A stretch of 63,817 bases of DNA, the filler included, from Perkinsus chesapeaki ATCC PRA-425 (lineage: Eukaryota > Protista > Perkinsozoa), in NCBI GenBank assembly GCA_013115145.1. It is 8 parts of 8 records of this genome, joined end to end, with 100 filler letters (N's around TTAATTAATTAA, not from the genome) between each part and the next. Parts side by side here need not be neighbours in the genome. Positions count along the whole stretch, not along the records: positions 1 to 26,304 come from JAAPAO010000510.1; 7 more parts are not named here. The stretch is one strand, 5' to 3'. The notes below the pieces were generated by a model. That model saw only the letters and a list, made by a program, of their open reading frames with translations. It was not told where the DNA came from and made no database searches. A program made the position numbers and the translations under genes. Each line of letters begins with the position of its first letter. Position 1 is the first letter of the stretch. Shown here in pieces: positions 10,301-23,795 of this stretch.

Positions 10301-13272
10301 ATGCTTCGGCAACTGTATGATACTTCCATACAGCATTTGAAGCGGCATCCAGCGGCCCCATTGGAGGCATTGGCGGTGAGGATCCTCCTCCACCACCTCG
10401 TGGCTCGCTACTTGCTTTGCCAGGCGCACCACCGTAACGTGGCCCTCGGGTTCTTGCAGCAGTTTTCTACATTCGGCGTAGAAGTGTGCGGGTGTCGAGC
10501 TCCCAGCAATCGGGCTCACATGAGGCGGGCTGTGTGGTAGGCAAGCGTCGAGTCTGAGGGCACGGCATTGGCTTCATCAAGGCAACGAACGGAATGCGTC
10601 AACTTGCCCGAATTCGTCAAGGCGCAGACGGTCAGGGATCCCAAGTTCCTCGACCACCTCGCCGCCCTGGCAGCAATGGAGTGTCCAGTTGTCATTCCCA
10701 GCAAAGGTCGGCAGAGGTGGCTTAATGAGGAGGGGGGATGGGCTCTTATTAGGAATGATTAAAGTGGCGGCCCAGGAATCTGCCCCGCGTAAGATCATAT
10801 ATGCGAGCAAGAGACTGAGGCGATGGATTGACCTTACGGAGGTACACTCCTGCAGGCAATGCAGCAAGAAGGACCGCTGCTCCCTCTTCAAGTAAGAGGT
10901 GTTAGAAACTCAGACCAGCGAAATGATCGAACGTATCATATTCTGTCGATGATCCCTCGGCTTTGATGATGACGATCTTTTTGTCAGCTTCGGTTTTCCC
11001 GACTTCAACTACTATGTCATGAAAACCGTTAGAAAATAATAGAGCATTACAGGATTTTCGTCTGTCCTGATTTACTCACTCTAGTGGCTCAACTGCCAAA
11101 GAAAACCTCAACAAACTCCTTGTCAAATTGAAGCAATTATTTATATAAATAATTACAAAATTGCAGAACAGCATGACATAATTCTGCCATGTTCTGTTGT
11201 TTCGTACCGGCATTTATAATGTCATTTGGACATTAAATGGTATAAATATATTCTGTAAATGACTATAAAGAGTCGTTGCAACTTTGCTTTCCTGTTGCGG
11301 GCGGAGAGGGAATCGCTGTAGCTTAGGGTGCTGCCACCAGAGTCGGAGGAGGGTGAGAAAGCTACAGTGGGAGATGTTGCCAAGATACTGTTTGGTCTCG
11401 CGCAGATTTGTCGGTAAGGAGGGGGGGCCTTCAGAAGAGGATGTGCATGGTTTGGTAGGATACATATCCAGCGCCCGGATGCATATCCGATCTACCATCT
11501 ATCGGGGGCGACTTTCGAGACCGCATCTTATATATTGGAGAGGATGTCCTTGTAGGAAAGGGTATCTTTTTGCGCAAGAAAGTCATGGTTCAACCTAAGA
11601 TACCTCCGGGAGACGTCAGAAATGAAAGATATTCCGCTGGCTGACAGGAAGACCGCCGGTGAATTAATGCGTAAAATGGCGAAGGATAAGTTCCAGAAGA
11701 AGGAGCTGGTAGCGCGGCTTTGCCATCCTTCGATCCCAGTGCTGCTGCTGTCAGGAGGAAGATGCAAAGAAATACAATATGCCACAGTGGATGGTGGCGA
11801 TGTTGAACCCGTCCAGCGAAGAGTTCCCGAAAAAGTTGAGCCGAAAACAGAAGGTAAGTGGTTCATTAGTATGATGGTGGAGGCATTGTGGTTCTGAAGA
11901 TAATATATAACCAAATGAAAGTAGGGGAAGAGGGAGAGGCTGACGAGTGGGTGAAGGAGGACCGGGTAAGTGTTGTGGGTGCTATTAGAGCCCATTTGCA
12001 GCGTAGGTGGAAGGGTTGATGAAACCCACAGTGGTGCTAGATGAAGATGACGAAGCTGTCTCGCCGGTTGGTTCTGGTGAATCTGCCAGGTTGTCGGATG
12101 GTCAGTGCTACTGCGCCTGCCCCTCCGTGCTGATCGGCTGCTTCTGCTGCTGTTTGGTAGGGTCACTGGTGCAACTGGATTCGCTGGATGATATTCCTAT
12201 ACCTCGAAGATTCGAGCACAAACTGCGCGGCGAGGATCACGATCGAATCCAGTTTGTTAATCGGCAATATCTAAAGTACTCCCTGGCATTTTCGGTGACC
12301 ACCGAGGGTCGACAGGTACCAGAGGGCTGCCCAGACCGAGGCCGACAAGCGCGCCGAAGCTCGAGTAGATCTGGATGAGCTCCCCAAGCGACCGTTGTAT
12401 GAGCGAATGGCGCAGTCTGGCGGGTATGTTGATGTGAGCCCAGAAGATATCGAGAGGATTGGCGAGGGAGAGGCGGTAAGTATTAGGAATTGTCCGAGCA
12501 ACCCAATCGAATACGATATTAGAAGGAGAACTTGACTTGTTACGTTTAGAAGGGCATACTGTGCACGACTCTGAAGGGGGAAAATTGTTGTGTGAGCGCA
12601 CATCATCCCGGGGACAGTCTCTACAGAGGCAGAATGCCCCCATCCTGTCCGGGAGCATGCAGGGAATAATGCTCCTTGTGGCTATCGCAGGTGGATAGTA
12701 GGGAATATGATGAAGAGGAAAATGCGCTCTGGGAACTGAGGTTCAGATACGCGAGCAACGAGACCTGGCGGCCCTGCTGTGCTCCTACCATGACGACCAC
12801 GATATCTCAGATGACAGGCGATCGGCTCTCTTGAGCGAGATGCAAGCAATAGTCCGAGTTGACCCGGTGGCATCGCAGGGAGTAGTGTAGGTTTCGAAAG
12901 GATAGGCTCGGCTTTCAAAGTCCCTTTCAGTTTTTACAAGAATCCAACAGCGTTGTCGAAGCCCGGCGAGTTCCTTAAGTTGTACCCCAATTTCGCAAAG
13001 CATCTCTGGGCAGAGTCGGACAGTCGGTTCAAAGAGGACAAGGTGGGTGGCGCTCCCATCCCAAAGATGCCACTCATGGTCAGATGCTGTCCTTCCTAAA
13101 GCGCATTCCACTTGATTCCATGACGGCTACTGGTCGAGGACAAGTCAGCGGGGCGCGTCAATCTCCGTCGAAGATCCCAAGGGCGAATTTGCTGGAGCAG
13201 CTTGAGGTGAGATCGTTGCTCGTACAGCAGACGAGGATCATTTGGCGTTTTGGTGAACCAGCGATCTCCTAA
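10301..13272 (+). CDS. large multi-exon hypothetical protein with a CxxC...C cluster
   Basis: Exon chain incl. VHSCRQCSKKDRCSLFK, MKDIPLADRKTAGELMRKMAKDKF, LDELPKRPLYERMAQSGG; ends approximate. Confidence 0.4.
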
Positions 13273-13786
13273 ATATGCCCCCTTTCAGTGCTTCTTGTAT
13301 CTTGTCGACTTCGCGGATTTTTCAATTCTGCCATAGTTCACCTTGTTGAGGTTCTCATGGGCCTTTAAATACCATCTCAATTCGACCTCTGGGAAAGCTC
13401 TGGGTAACTTCGGCTGATCTCCAGTGGGTTGTTACCCCCCCACTGTGAGCCCCCCAGCATTAAGAAGGTACCTAGCATTGCGGATGCGTGATGAGATTAT
13501 AGGTAACAGCTTCGATGAGCTGCCAGATATTCCCATACAGTCTGATAGTCCGTAATGGTGGCACCCACCACAGTTCGGCCTTGCCGCCCACAAATCTTCC
13601 TCCATCGGTGCGCGAGCTTCGAAAACCGATAACCACCTTTATTTTCGCAAATACATAAGGCAAATGTGAACAAGCAGTGGCCATTGAAGCTCACAATAAT
13701 TGGAGCCCCTCGAGTGTTTTCCGCGCACTGCCTCACTATCTTAATTTCAGAGCAACACGTCTATAGAGGCGCCCAATAGGAGGGAG

Positions 13787-15628
13787 ATGTTGGATAGGGA
13801 TGACATCCTCACGGAAGCCAGCCTAGCTTTGGAGAGCATTGGGGAAGATGACGAAGACGATGGCGTCACGTCACAAGATTCTGTCATGCGAGATGCAGTC
13901 TTACAAATGGCACTAGAAGAGAAAAAGGAGGAGATGGCGAAGGGAGGGGAAGGTCGCAAAAGTAAGTACCATTTCAAATTACGATAGACCCTCCTATATG
14001 GTCTAACTATCAGCCCCTCTGATGTGTGCAGAGCATATATATTGCTGTTGCTACACTGCTACTATCAACTGAGCAATGAGAATGGATAACCTTCTACCAT
14101 TCATTAGGGGATCCAACTCCGTATCCACTATGGTTTTCATATACAACTTGCTATCCTCGAACTAGGACAGTGGCGTGGGCTAGTTTTGGCGCCGTTTACC
14201 TCCTCAACGGTCCGGCTGGCCCGGCAACCCAAAACCATTTTCAGCTTAGTATGGCTTGGAAGGGTGGAGAAATCCTTCCGTTGTTGTTGAGGTGATATGT
14301 AATGCGGCAGGTAAACGGCGAGACGCACCTGAGAGGAGCTCCGAGCGAGTGAAGAGGAATGGGGAGGACTTTAGGTTTGAACAGTGGAGTAAGCTGAGAT
14401 CGAAGGAAACGTTGAAGTTGGTCGAGCCTGATGTTGATATCGGGTAAGTCGTGTCTGTCAGAATTTTCAGCGGTTTCCTATTTTTCTATCAGAACTTACC
14501 GTACGTCTCCTCTGGTTGCTCCAAACTCGTCCATGCCTGATCCTGGCTCAACGAGTGCCATTGACGACGTTGTCCATGCAACTGAAGCCAAACCGGATTG
14601 GTCTCCGCTCTTTGACTCCTCCAGTAGGCAGGTAAGTCTAGCAAAGGTTGTTGCGTGACCAGGCGGAGTGGCGCTGTTAATATAGGAGAAGATTGAGGCG
14701 GCCAAATCTGAGATGTCCGGCATTCGGGAGGAGGGGGATCACATCGCCACAAAGAAGCTCAGGTGGGTACTGGAGAGGAGACGAGCTCTTTCATTTGGGC
14801 AGGTTCCCGAAGCTGGCCTCTCTGAATCCTCATCACGAATCCTATCATAGTCGAGATAAGCCTACTGAAGTTGTTCAACAAAAGTGAGCCATGAAATATT
14901 TACCCTAACCGTAGGCACGCCAGCAAGCCTGCAGAATCCCTAGAGTCTTTTTCTTTCCACTGGAGAGCCTCCAGCCCCCAGTCTTCCGGGCGTCTCATCA
15001 TGCAGATAAGATTCGATAGCTTCCTCCAAACTGTATTCAGGAGAAAATGTTGTTTCGATTCGTCCCATCCGTTCTATGTGTCAGGATGCGACCATCGGTA
15101 TCGGTGAGCCCGCTTAAGTTGGAGAAGTCACGCTTGGGAAATCTTGACCGACTGATGAAGAAGAATGATGGAGCCTCTTCCTCGTCAATCTCCGAGAAGA
15201 AGCCTAGATTCACTATGACCAGGAGCAAGGTGGAAACACCGGGAGTAGATCCTGTGGTTCAAGGTGAGACTACAGTTCTATCATCCGAAGGTCGACGGGA
15301 GCCACTTACTTTCTTGTCAGAGCTGGCCGACCCGATGAACCTGATGGATAGGCTGACAACTGAGGAAGTTAATCGAAGCTCGGCAGCTCTCAATCGACTG
15401 ATGAAAAAGCAGAAGAAGCAGGATGCAGCAATTAATAAAGCTGAACGGGCTGAGCCTGAACCTAGAGCCACAAAGTCGGCCCAGGTATCGCTGGTCATTC
15501 CCGCTCCACCCCCATTAATTCGTCTTGTTCAGGCGGGGGCTTCTGCGACGCCCCGAGATCACCAGACACGACGAGCAAGGTTTTCACCGTCTGAGTTATC
15601 TGGTACCTGGTCCGTTACTCGACGATAA
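13787..15628 (+). CDS. multi-exon low-complexity charged hypothetical protein
   Basis: Acidic first exon (MLDRDDILTEASLALE...) and long last exon in ORF 15047-15628. Confidence 0.5.
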
Positions 15629-16455
15629 TACGTTATTCAATTCATTTCATTCACCAAGACATGCCATAATCCATTTGTTTCAGCGTCAACAGTTTCTGAT
15701 AAGCTCCATGATCGAGTTGTCACATACGTTACTCCATAGTCGTTTCTGGAATCCTTACCTCATCAAACCGAGCTTCGGCCTACGGTGACAAGAAGTGTCT
15801 TTCTGTTTTTTTTTCTGACCACCGAAACGCTCGCGTCAGCATGGTTGCGGAGCCCACTGGCCTCTACTTGTTGTTGTTTTTCATTTACTTCGTTTCATGG
15901 ATAGTCGATGACTATTTCGATAAGTTCAAAGCAGCACCGGAGCTCGCGTTGAGAGCGAGCGTTTATGCGTTCACAGTCTTTAGCTATATGATGGATTAGT
16001 TGCTGCTCTCTCGTATGGGTTTGCGTGCTGTGCGGTGTGCGTACCGATGCTTGGGCACGCATGCGCAAGTATATCGGTTCGCGAGTTTTTGTCCACTAGA
16101 GGCATCATTAGTCGATCGTATAGATTATCTATCAGTTCGTTATTACCTGTAGACTTGTCTACCGCGTTGGTATATTCACCATACTGAGTAGAATCAGATG
16201 AACTAGCCCTGGGGATCATCCCCAACCTCGACGCTTTTTCTCGTACATTAGCAATTTGCGAATGCATGAAGGGCGGGTTTGCAAGCATTCGCAAGCATCC
16301 TCTTCATTGTTTCTGTACAGATGAGGGGGGACTTTCTGGGTGACTTGGGAGTGATGTGTCATTAACGCAAACGGAGAGCTGACAACGTATCCCAACTTCC
16401 ATTGCTGTTGAAGTGCTGAGCACAGTTGGACTTTGATCAGGCATTATTCTCAGAA

Positions 16456-19400
16456 ATGTCCTCCCTCTTATTTTCAAGTCTGTGCATTATCCTTCTCCCT
16501 GTCGCTGCGCACGGCGGCTGTTTTATAAAGTAACCTTAGCTCCCTCAAAGAGGCAGGAGGTATCTTCACCTATCAGGTCTCCCCATCGAGACTCCCTGGT
16601 CTTGTCCCCTACACCTGGCGAGATGCTTCTGAAAGGAAGACTTGGCAAGCTGCCAGAGTCGGTTGATTGGAGATCGAAAACCATCGATACGTAAGCCCAT
16701 CAACAGCAACGCATCTCATATTTCTCACAGACCGGACGGTCCACGTGAAGTCAACTTGGCTTCGGCTGCTCGCAATCAACACATACCTCACTACTGTGGA
16801 GCCTGTTGGAGCTTCGCTGCAGCTAGCTCTTTATCGGACAGAATCAATATAGCGTGAGCTTATCAGGCATTTCCCTCGGCAGTAACTTCGGTCAGGACCG
16901 GGACGACTAAGCAAACGAATCTTGCCATGCAAGTGATATTGAATTGTGATACATATGATAACGGCTGCCATGGTGGAGATTCGATCACGGCTTTTAAGTT
17001 CATCAAAGAAGCCGGAGGAATCCCGGATGAGACTTGCCAGGGGTGATCGGAGTTGGCTCAGCCATCCCTCATTCTACTGCGTTCTTGTCTTGTAGGTTCG
17101 TGGCTGAAGGCCGGGATACTGGGCGAAGCTGCAAGGCAACTGACATTTGCCGAGACTGCAATGACGATTCCTGCTTTCCTAAGAAAAAGTCAGGAGGCCT
17201 CACTCGGTCGAGTTGCATTATTTTCTGGTCTGGATAGTCCTAAAGCCAACTTCGTGCAACGCTTGCTAGGAGTCTTGCGATCCTCGAAATTGTAGAAACC
17301 TCATCGAGGCTTTTTATTTTTTTATTCAGATATCCGGTCTGGGATATAGCCGAATATGGCGAAGTGAACGGAACCGAGGCCATGATGGCAGAGATCGCCC
17401 ATCGAGGACCAATAGCTTGTTCAATGGCTGTCAGCGCAGCATCCATCTTTCCCTTGCATTTTCAGCTTCTAGGTCACTGAAGCCTTCGAAAAGAACTATA
17501 CGGACTTCAGGGTTTTCGAAGACACTACAGGTGGGTCTGCCCAACGACACAGTCTCCTAACCGCGTGGATCAGGGTTGACTGATCCCATGCACGAGATCT
17601 CCTTAGTCGGCTATGGGACGACTCCGGAAGGTGTTCCTTACTGGATCGGCCGCAACTCTTGGGGGCACTACTGGGGCAACAATGGCTTCTTCAGATTGGT
17701 GAGTTGCAGGAGGACTAGCTAGCGATATGACCCTCCTCAGGTCCGTGGGAAGAACAATCTGGGCATAGAGTCAGATTGTGCCTGGGCAGTGCCAGCCGAT
17801 GGAGGCAAGCCTAGACATGTAGGGTTTGATCTGTGTTGGTAGCTTACCATGACAGGAACTCGCCCGATATCTCTGCAGTGATCCCATGCTGTTCTTGAAA
17901 CCATGCTCCTAGGCTGACTCCGATTAACAATTATTGTTACCAATGCTTGCCACATCTTGTATAGGTTCACCTCGATGTCGAAGCGTCGTCCTCCACATGG
18001 AGGCCAGGTGTTGCAGCATCCCGTGCTGGCTGCCGCCGGAGTAGCCGCATGCCCTTTCCTCGCCTGGGCGGCAGGCGATCTATTTTGCCGGAGACTGCGG
18101 GAATCAAGAAAGTCCCAAAGGCGTTCGATTGGAGAAATGTCAGTGGAGTGACAAGCTACAAGAGCTGGGATAAAAACCAAGTTAGTTCGATCTTCTCTAT
18201 CCATCACCGAACCCTTGCTCAGCATATTCCCCAGTATTGCGGATCTTGCTGGGCGCAGGCAGTGACGTCTATGCTGTCAGACAGGATCAATATACAGAGA
18301 AACGGTACCTGGCCCCCGATTAATTTAGCTCCGCAGGTGAGAGGGTCAATACGGAAGTTCAGCTGCCACCTTAGTCAGCTTGAGTTATATGACTTAACAA
18401 TTGGGACTGCCAAGCACGATGCTTTCAGAAACTCATAAAATCGGGCTCGTAGTAGTCGCTGCTGCTCCCGAGTAGCCGCATGTGAATATCCAAACAATAT
18501 TCCTCTCTCTACTGGTTGCTTTATCTTTCTCGTTTACTTTCAAGTGCTCATAATATGGTACTAAAATCAAATATCCGAATCATAGAGTTGCCGGATACTC
18601 ATGCCGAATGAGTCGTTTCCGAAATCCAACGTTTCCGAAATCCAACGAACGAGTCATTCTGCCGGGAAGTTTCTGGCAGAACGGAGAATAGCTTTTATAA
18701 CTGGCATGCATAACCTTACTTCACAGCAAAAGGAGTTACAAACCATGAACTGTAAATGCGATGACAGTGCACCGATAAGCACCATGCAAAGAACCCGGGC
18801 AAAACCAACAAGGGGAATACGTTGGTCTTATCATGAATATAGCATATATAATACTCTTGTTTATGCTGGATCTAGCAAGGCTGAGATCTTTCCTGGGTCA
18901 TCAATGGAAGATTATCTCCACCGAACCATAGCCCACTGGCTTTGACTCGGCTGCAGTGACGCCGATCTTAATAGAACAGCCGCCTCGTTCCATCCTCACA
19001 ACCCGAAGTTCAGGTTTTGATCAACTGCGAGTACGGTGGAAGTTGTGAAGGAGGGAATCCTTATGAAGCGTAAAACTCGCTCGTCTGCGGCTACTTGATT
19101 GTGCCCGGCTTCTTAGGCTAGCCGAGATCAAAGAGCATGGCTTACCCGATCAAACCTGTCAAGCTTACCTGGCTAAAGATACTAACAAATGTGATGATAT
19201 TGACTATTGTGAAGAATGTTTCGGCGGGAACACTCCCGATACGCTATGGCCCGGCACTTGTCACGCTATCAAAAAGTAAGCCCAACAACGCCTTCACTTG
19301 GTGCAAGCTTCAAGCTGTGGATATGCCGTTTACCCTCGCAGATATAACAAGTGGTATCTGAGCGATTTCGGCAATGTTGAGGGAGCTGAGGATATGAAAA

Positions 19401-19805
19401 AGGAGATATTCGACCATGGGCCAATATCGTGCGGGATCTTCGCCACGGAGAAGTTCGAAGCCTATGAAGGAGGAGTAGGTATAATGACACTTACTTTTTA
19501 TCATAGTTGGCTCAGGTATTCGAGGAGAGCAGTGTGGAGTTGGTTAATCATGAGATCTCAGTGGCTGGCTGGGGAGTTACCGATAAAGGCGTTGAGTGAT
19601 GAACCGTCGGTGTGTTAGATCGATCAATATATTTACGTTCAGATACTGGATAGGGAGGAATAGTTGGGGCACTTATTGGGGAGAAGATGGATGGTTCAGA
19701 ATAAGGATGCATGATAATAATCTCAACATCGAGAGCCAATGCTATTGGGGGATACCCACGTCCGCCAAACCCGCGCACGGAAGTAACGTGGAGCTTGTGC
19801 TGTGA
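16456..19805 (+). CDS. double-domain cathepsin X/Z-like papain (C1A) protease
   Basis: Signal [22 protein letters not shown]; domain 1 [27 protein letters not shown]; domain 2 [27 protein letters not shown]; HIP insertion before CG-x-CW is the cathepsin X signature. Confidence 0.92.
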
Positions 19806-20129
19806 ACAAGCTATTCATGACGATGCTGATGACTATGAGGTAAATGTTTCAATTCTGGCTTTTCATTTTCGCACGTATTTGTTCGGTTGCGTTCGTTAAT
19901 AATTCTGAATAGGAATTTCTAATACCCAGTTGAGTCTGTGGATCGGCAAGTCGAACTCGGCTCAACTCACTGTAGATGCCATGCGACCTCAAAACTGATG
20001 TGAATGTACCAGACTTCCGGTCTCAGCCAGGGAGCGCCCTCTCGGCCAAATCATTGCTTAAGCGCTGGTATGATCAGTTGGCATGGATCCATGGCAATGT
20101 AAGAGACTGATAGTCACGTAGCGGAGTTC

Positions 20130-21440
20130 ATGTCGAATCAGCTGCTTGGGCATCCCTTACATAGGAGTCCGACTCGCGGGTTCACTGAAGAGGCGGAAAT
20201 ACCACATCGCGCTCAATCCCGGTCAGATCGAGTTGAATTTTTCACCAGCAACGGAAGAGACAGTCGATCATTCCAACGAAAGGCATCTCCCAAGCCCAAA
20301 GCGCGACAGAAAAGCCCGAACACATCCCCTGCGCACACGTACGTTCTTGACGAGGTCGAACCGGCGGAGGAAGATACTAAAGATGCGCAAACGGTCGAGG
20401 AATCGCCCAATAGGCCAGTGAACGACGAGGCAGACGAAACTGCAAATGGTTTCACGGAAGAAAACGGTGCCGCCGACTTTTCGAAGGAAGAGCCGATGGA
20501 AAAGCTTCCGGACTTGGGATTGAAAGAGGGCCCGGGACCACACTTCTCGGTATTTGTGAAGCCCAGGCCAATTGAGGTTCTGAAGGAAGTACCGGAGGTG
20601 TCTGTGATTGAAGAAAAGTGTAAACAATCTAACAGTCTCATTTTGCAAGAGGGACAATTAAAGCACTCCATCGCCAACGACATAGCTCGGTTGCGTACTG
20701 TTATTGACTCTTTATTGCCTAGACCTCATATTGAAGGATATGATAAAGTGTATATAACGAGGTCTGGATGGGAGCTACGCCGATCACAATTGCACCACTC
20801 CAAGCCGAGAGGGGGAAGTTGCGTTCATGTGTTTGATGTCGTTCCTCTTGACAACATCACACTTCTGCATGACGGTAAGTCATGCTCACACGAGTGGGTA
20901 ATTATCCTCTATTTCCAGTGCTGGAACTGCAGACAACCTTCCACATCAACCTGATCAATCACTACCGCGACAAACTGCTGCCAGTTCTTGGCAACTGTTA
21001 TGCGTCGCTGGAATGTTCCCATGAGAGACTCAGCAAGGAAGGTGTTCTGAAAGTCAACGTCCATGTGAGATACGCTCAAGCTTGGTCGCCCAGGATCCTT
21101 CAGGTCGACACGTCATTCACAGAGTCGGCTGTTGAGAATTTCAGGGCTGCATGGATGAAACTGCTACTTATGCTGGCCATTGTTAAGGTAGGCCAAAAAG
21201 TGAGCTGAGGATTGTAGAAATGTTACCTTTGCCGAGGGCGAGTCACACTCGATTGTCATAAACGGTTTTTTGTCATGCCCGCCTGCAGGATGAATGTTTT
21301 GAGTGGTAGTCATTTTTACAGGTTGATAGTGAAAGAGCTGAGCGGCAGGATGCTCACGTGTTGGACGTCCGTATCGCCACGGGAGAATTGAGTTCAACTG
21401 AAGATTCTCTCGAGATAGCCTTGAGCTCTACGATAAGGAA
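20130..21440 (+). CDS. multi-exon hypothetical protein with acidic disordered N-terminus
   Basis: 274-aa ORF plus downstream exon-like ORF 20882-21208; end approximate. Confidence 0.5.
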
Positions 21441-21504
21441 AACCGTCGAAGCTTCTATATCAGTATTCCCGGACTGACACGGCCAAGTCTGCTCAACATT
21501 CAGT

Positions 21505-23690
21505 TATTTGCAATCAACGGCTTGAACACTCTTTTCGTTGATGTCGTTCTCGCTCTGTCGTTTGCACAATTACTACTGTATTTCAGAAAGCTTTGCGTTA
21601 CATTCAATAATATCCCCTTTGCTAGTCACATATGGACTGTAACAAGGCTTCCGATACCTATTACGAACGAGCAAGTCTTCTGAACGAAACACGCGAAAAC
21701 ACGACAGTGTAAAGTGGCGCAAACGCAGGAAACACACTTGTGGCTGCAGGTTTGGTCGGCAGGGAGGGATGAGTCGAGTTTTGTGTGGGAACTGTGATCG
21801 GTCGAGTCTTTGCATCTGATATACTGACTCGAAACTGGCGAGGATGGGAATTCATTTCGAGTAAAGATGGCGATGGTCAGGCCACCAACTCTGAGCTACA
21901 AGCCAGGATCTTTTACAGAGCATTGCTACATGGTGAAGCAGAAGAAATAGAGAGCACTAGCCTTGTAGCGACAATACGGAGGTCCAGGAGAGATTCAAAA
22001 GATTCGTGACCAAAGCAGTTGCTAACTTAGACACTCCCGACTGGAGGCCGAAGAAACCGGTCGAGATGTATGGACTGTCGCCAAAATCGAGTTCCACTAC
22101 GAGCAAGATTGTTAACCGTTGACCAAGTACCGACTCCAAACTGCGCTCTGAGGCACAGTACAATTCTCAACCTGCCGACTGTGTCGAGTACGTTGAGCTA
22201 CCAAGCAGCATGCACCTTTACATTGGTCGCTAGTTGGACCAGAAATGATACCGAGTTAGACTCGCGGTAGGTGACACCGTCCATTGCCGAGGAGTTCAGG
22301 CAAAACAGCACGCTGAAAGTCGGGCATGTCCTTCACCGTATTTCGATATTGAATTCAGAGATATCTTGTTTACTTTGAGAAGCTGGGCATCGTGACAAAC
22401 GCAACCAACAGAAGTTGTACAGAAATCTATCTTGCTATTCGTATGCGACCAACTCCTGGTCGTTTGGGAGGCGAAACCCTTTCCCCTTTGACCACATCGG
22501 CCTGTTCATCATCAGCACTTTCACTTACTTTACTGTCGGCCTTTTCCGTCTTTCCTTGCACGGCGGCTGCAAAGGCCTGAAGGCGGCGGAGCATACGACT
22601 TGACGTTTGTGCATCGGACCTACCTTAGCTTCAGCCGTCTTCTCATTCTCATCAGCTCCTTTCTTATCGGGTTGAAGCTTCCCAGAAGATATATTCTTCT
22701 GAAGTTCGGTATAGCCCTTAACGATCTCACGGTTCAACCATGAAGGGAAATGCGCCGGTACCAGTGGCTTAGCTGGCCCTGAGTTCGCATCGTCGGACCT
22801 ATCAAAGTTAATTCCGACCTCCTCGTTCAACAGCTCATTTACCCTTTCCCGGTTTGATAGTTATCATCTGGTCTGATAGTGGGCATTGAAGGTTGTGGCA
22901 GGGCTTGTGGTATAAGACCCCTTGGTGAGCATAGCAATGAGCGCGTGATCTCATCACCAGTTAGCTGTGGACACTCCAACAAAGCATCTACCGAGCACGA
23001 TGCTATGCCCTCGTGAGATGAACCATAAACCTACCGCTTCCTCTATTTGGGCGTTTGTTGGACGAGCCGGTTGCCGGGTTTATCAGCTCGATTTGGCATT
23101 TACGCTTCAGGCGGCGATTGATTGCACCAGACATATCAGCCGTAGAGGATCTCGAGAAGTTGGAGGCCGCCGCGATATCCATAACACCTGGAATGATGGT
23201 AAAGAATACTCATTCGTGCCTTCCTAGTAGCCTCACCAATCTCATGTCGATTACTAGCAGTAGCCAGAGCAGCAGCCGTTGCTCCTACGGTCTCAGCTAC
23301 GTACCTAGAATAACAGCTCTAGTGTAGAACCCGTCAATAATAGATGGAGAACAACCGGTGGGTGGTTTGAAATGTGGTGAGATAATCTCACTGAGATTTA
23401 ATAATAAAAAGAAGGCAGGCTACAAACCACTGGACTAGTAAAGCGAGGAAAGCTTTTCTGTCAGCTCCTAGGCGTATCCAAGAGGACAGGGCTCACTTCT
23501 CGACAACAGTAGCCATGAGATCAAGAGCCCTCTCCTCCACAGTCACATCAACTGCTGAACCAAAACCTGCATCCGCTGATTCAGCTGCTGAAGCCAAAGC
23601 TAAGCAGCACACCCTACGGATGACAGAATGGCACACTGCGGGGTCAACGGACATTTAAAATGAATGATGGCTCCCTAGAGCAAAAGACGA
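21505..23690 (-). CDS. probable multi-exon membrane protein with long charged loop
   Basis: Exons incl. LNVLDTVGRL, YISTGFFGLQSGVSKL, LRVGGLTIAIF and charged segments at 22400-22830; family not assigned. Confidence 0.3.
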
Positions 23691-23795
23691 CATAAGCGAA
23701 CGTCTCAAGTAGCCCATCCGAATTACTCAAGACTAAGACACTTTCAGACGGTAGAAAAATACATCAGTATTTGGGAAGGCAATTTACATCATGAC

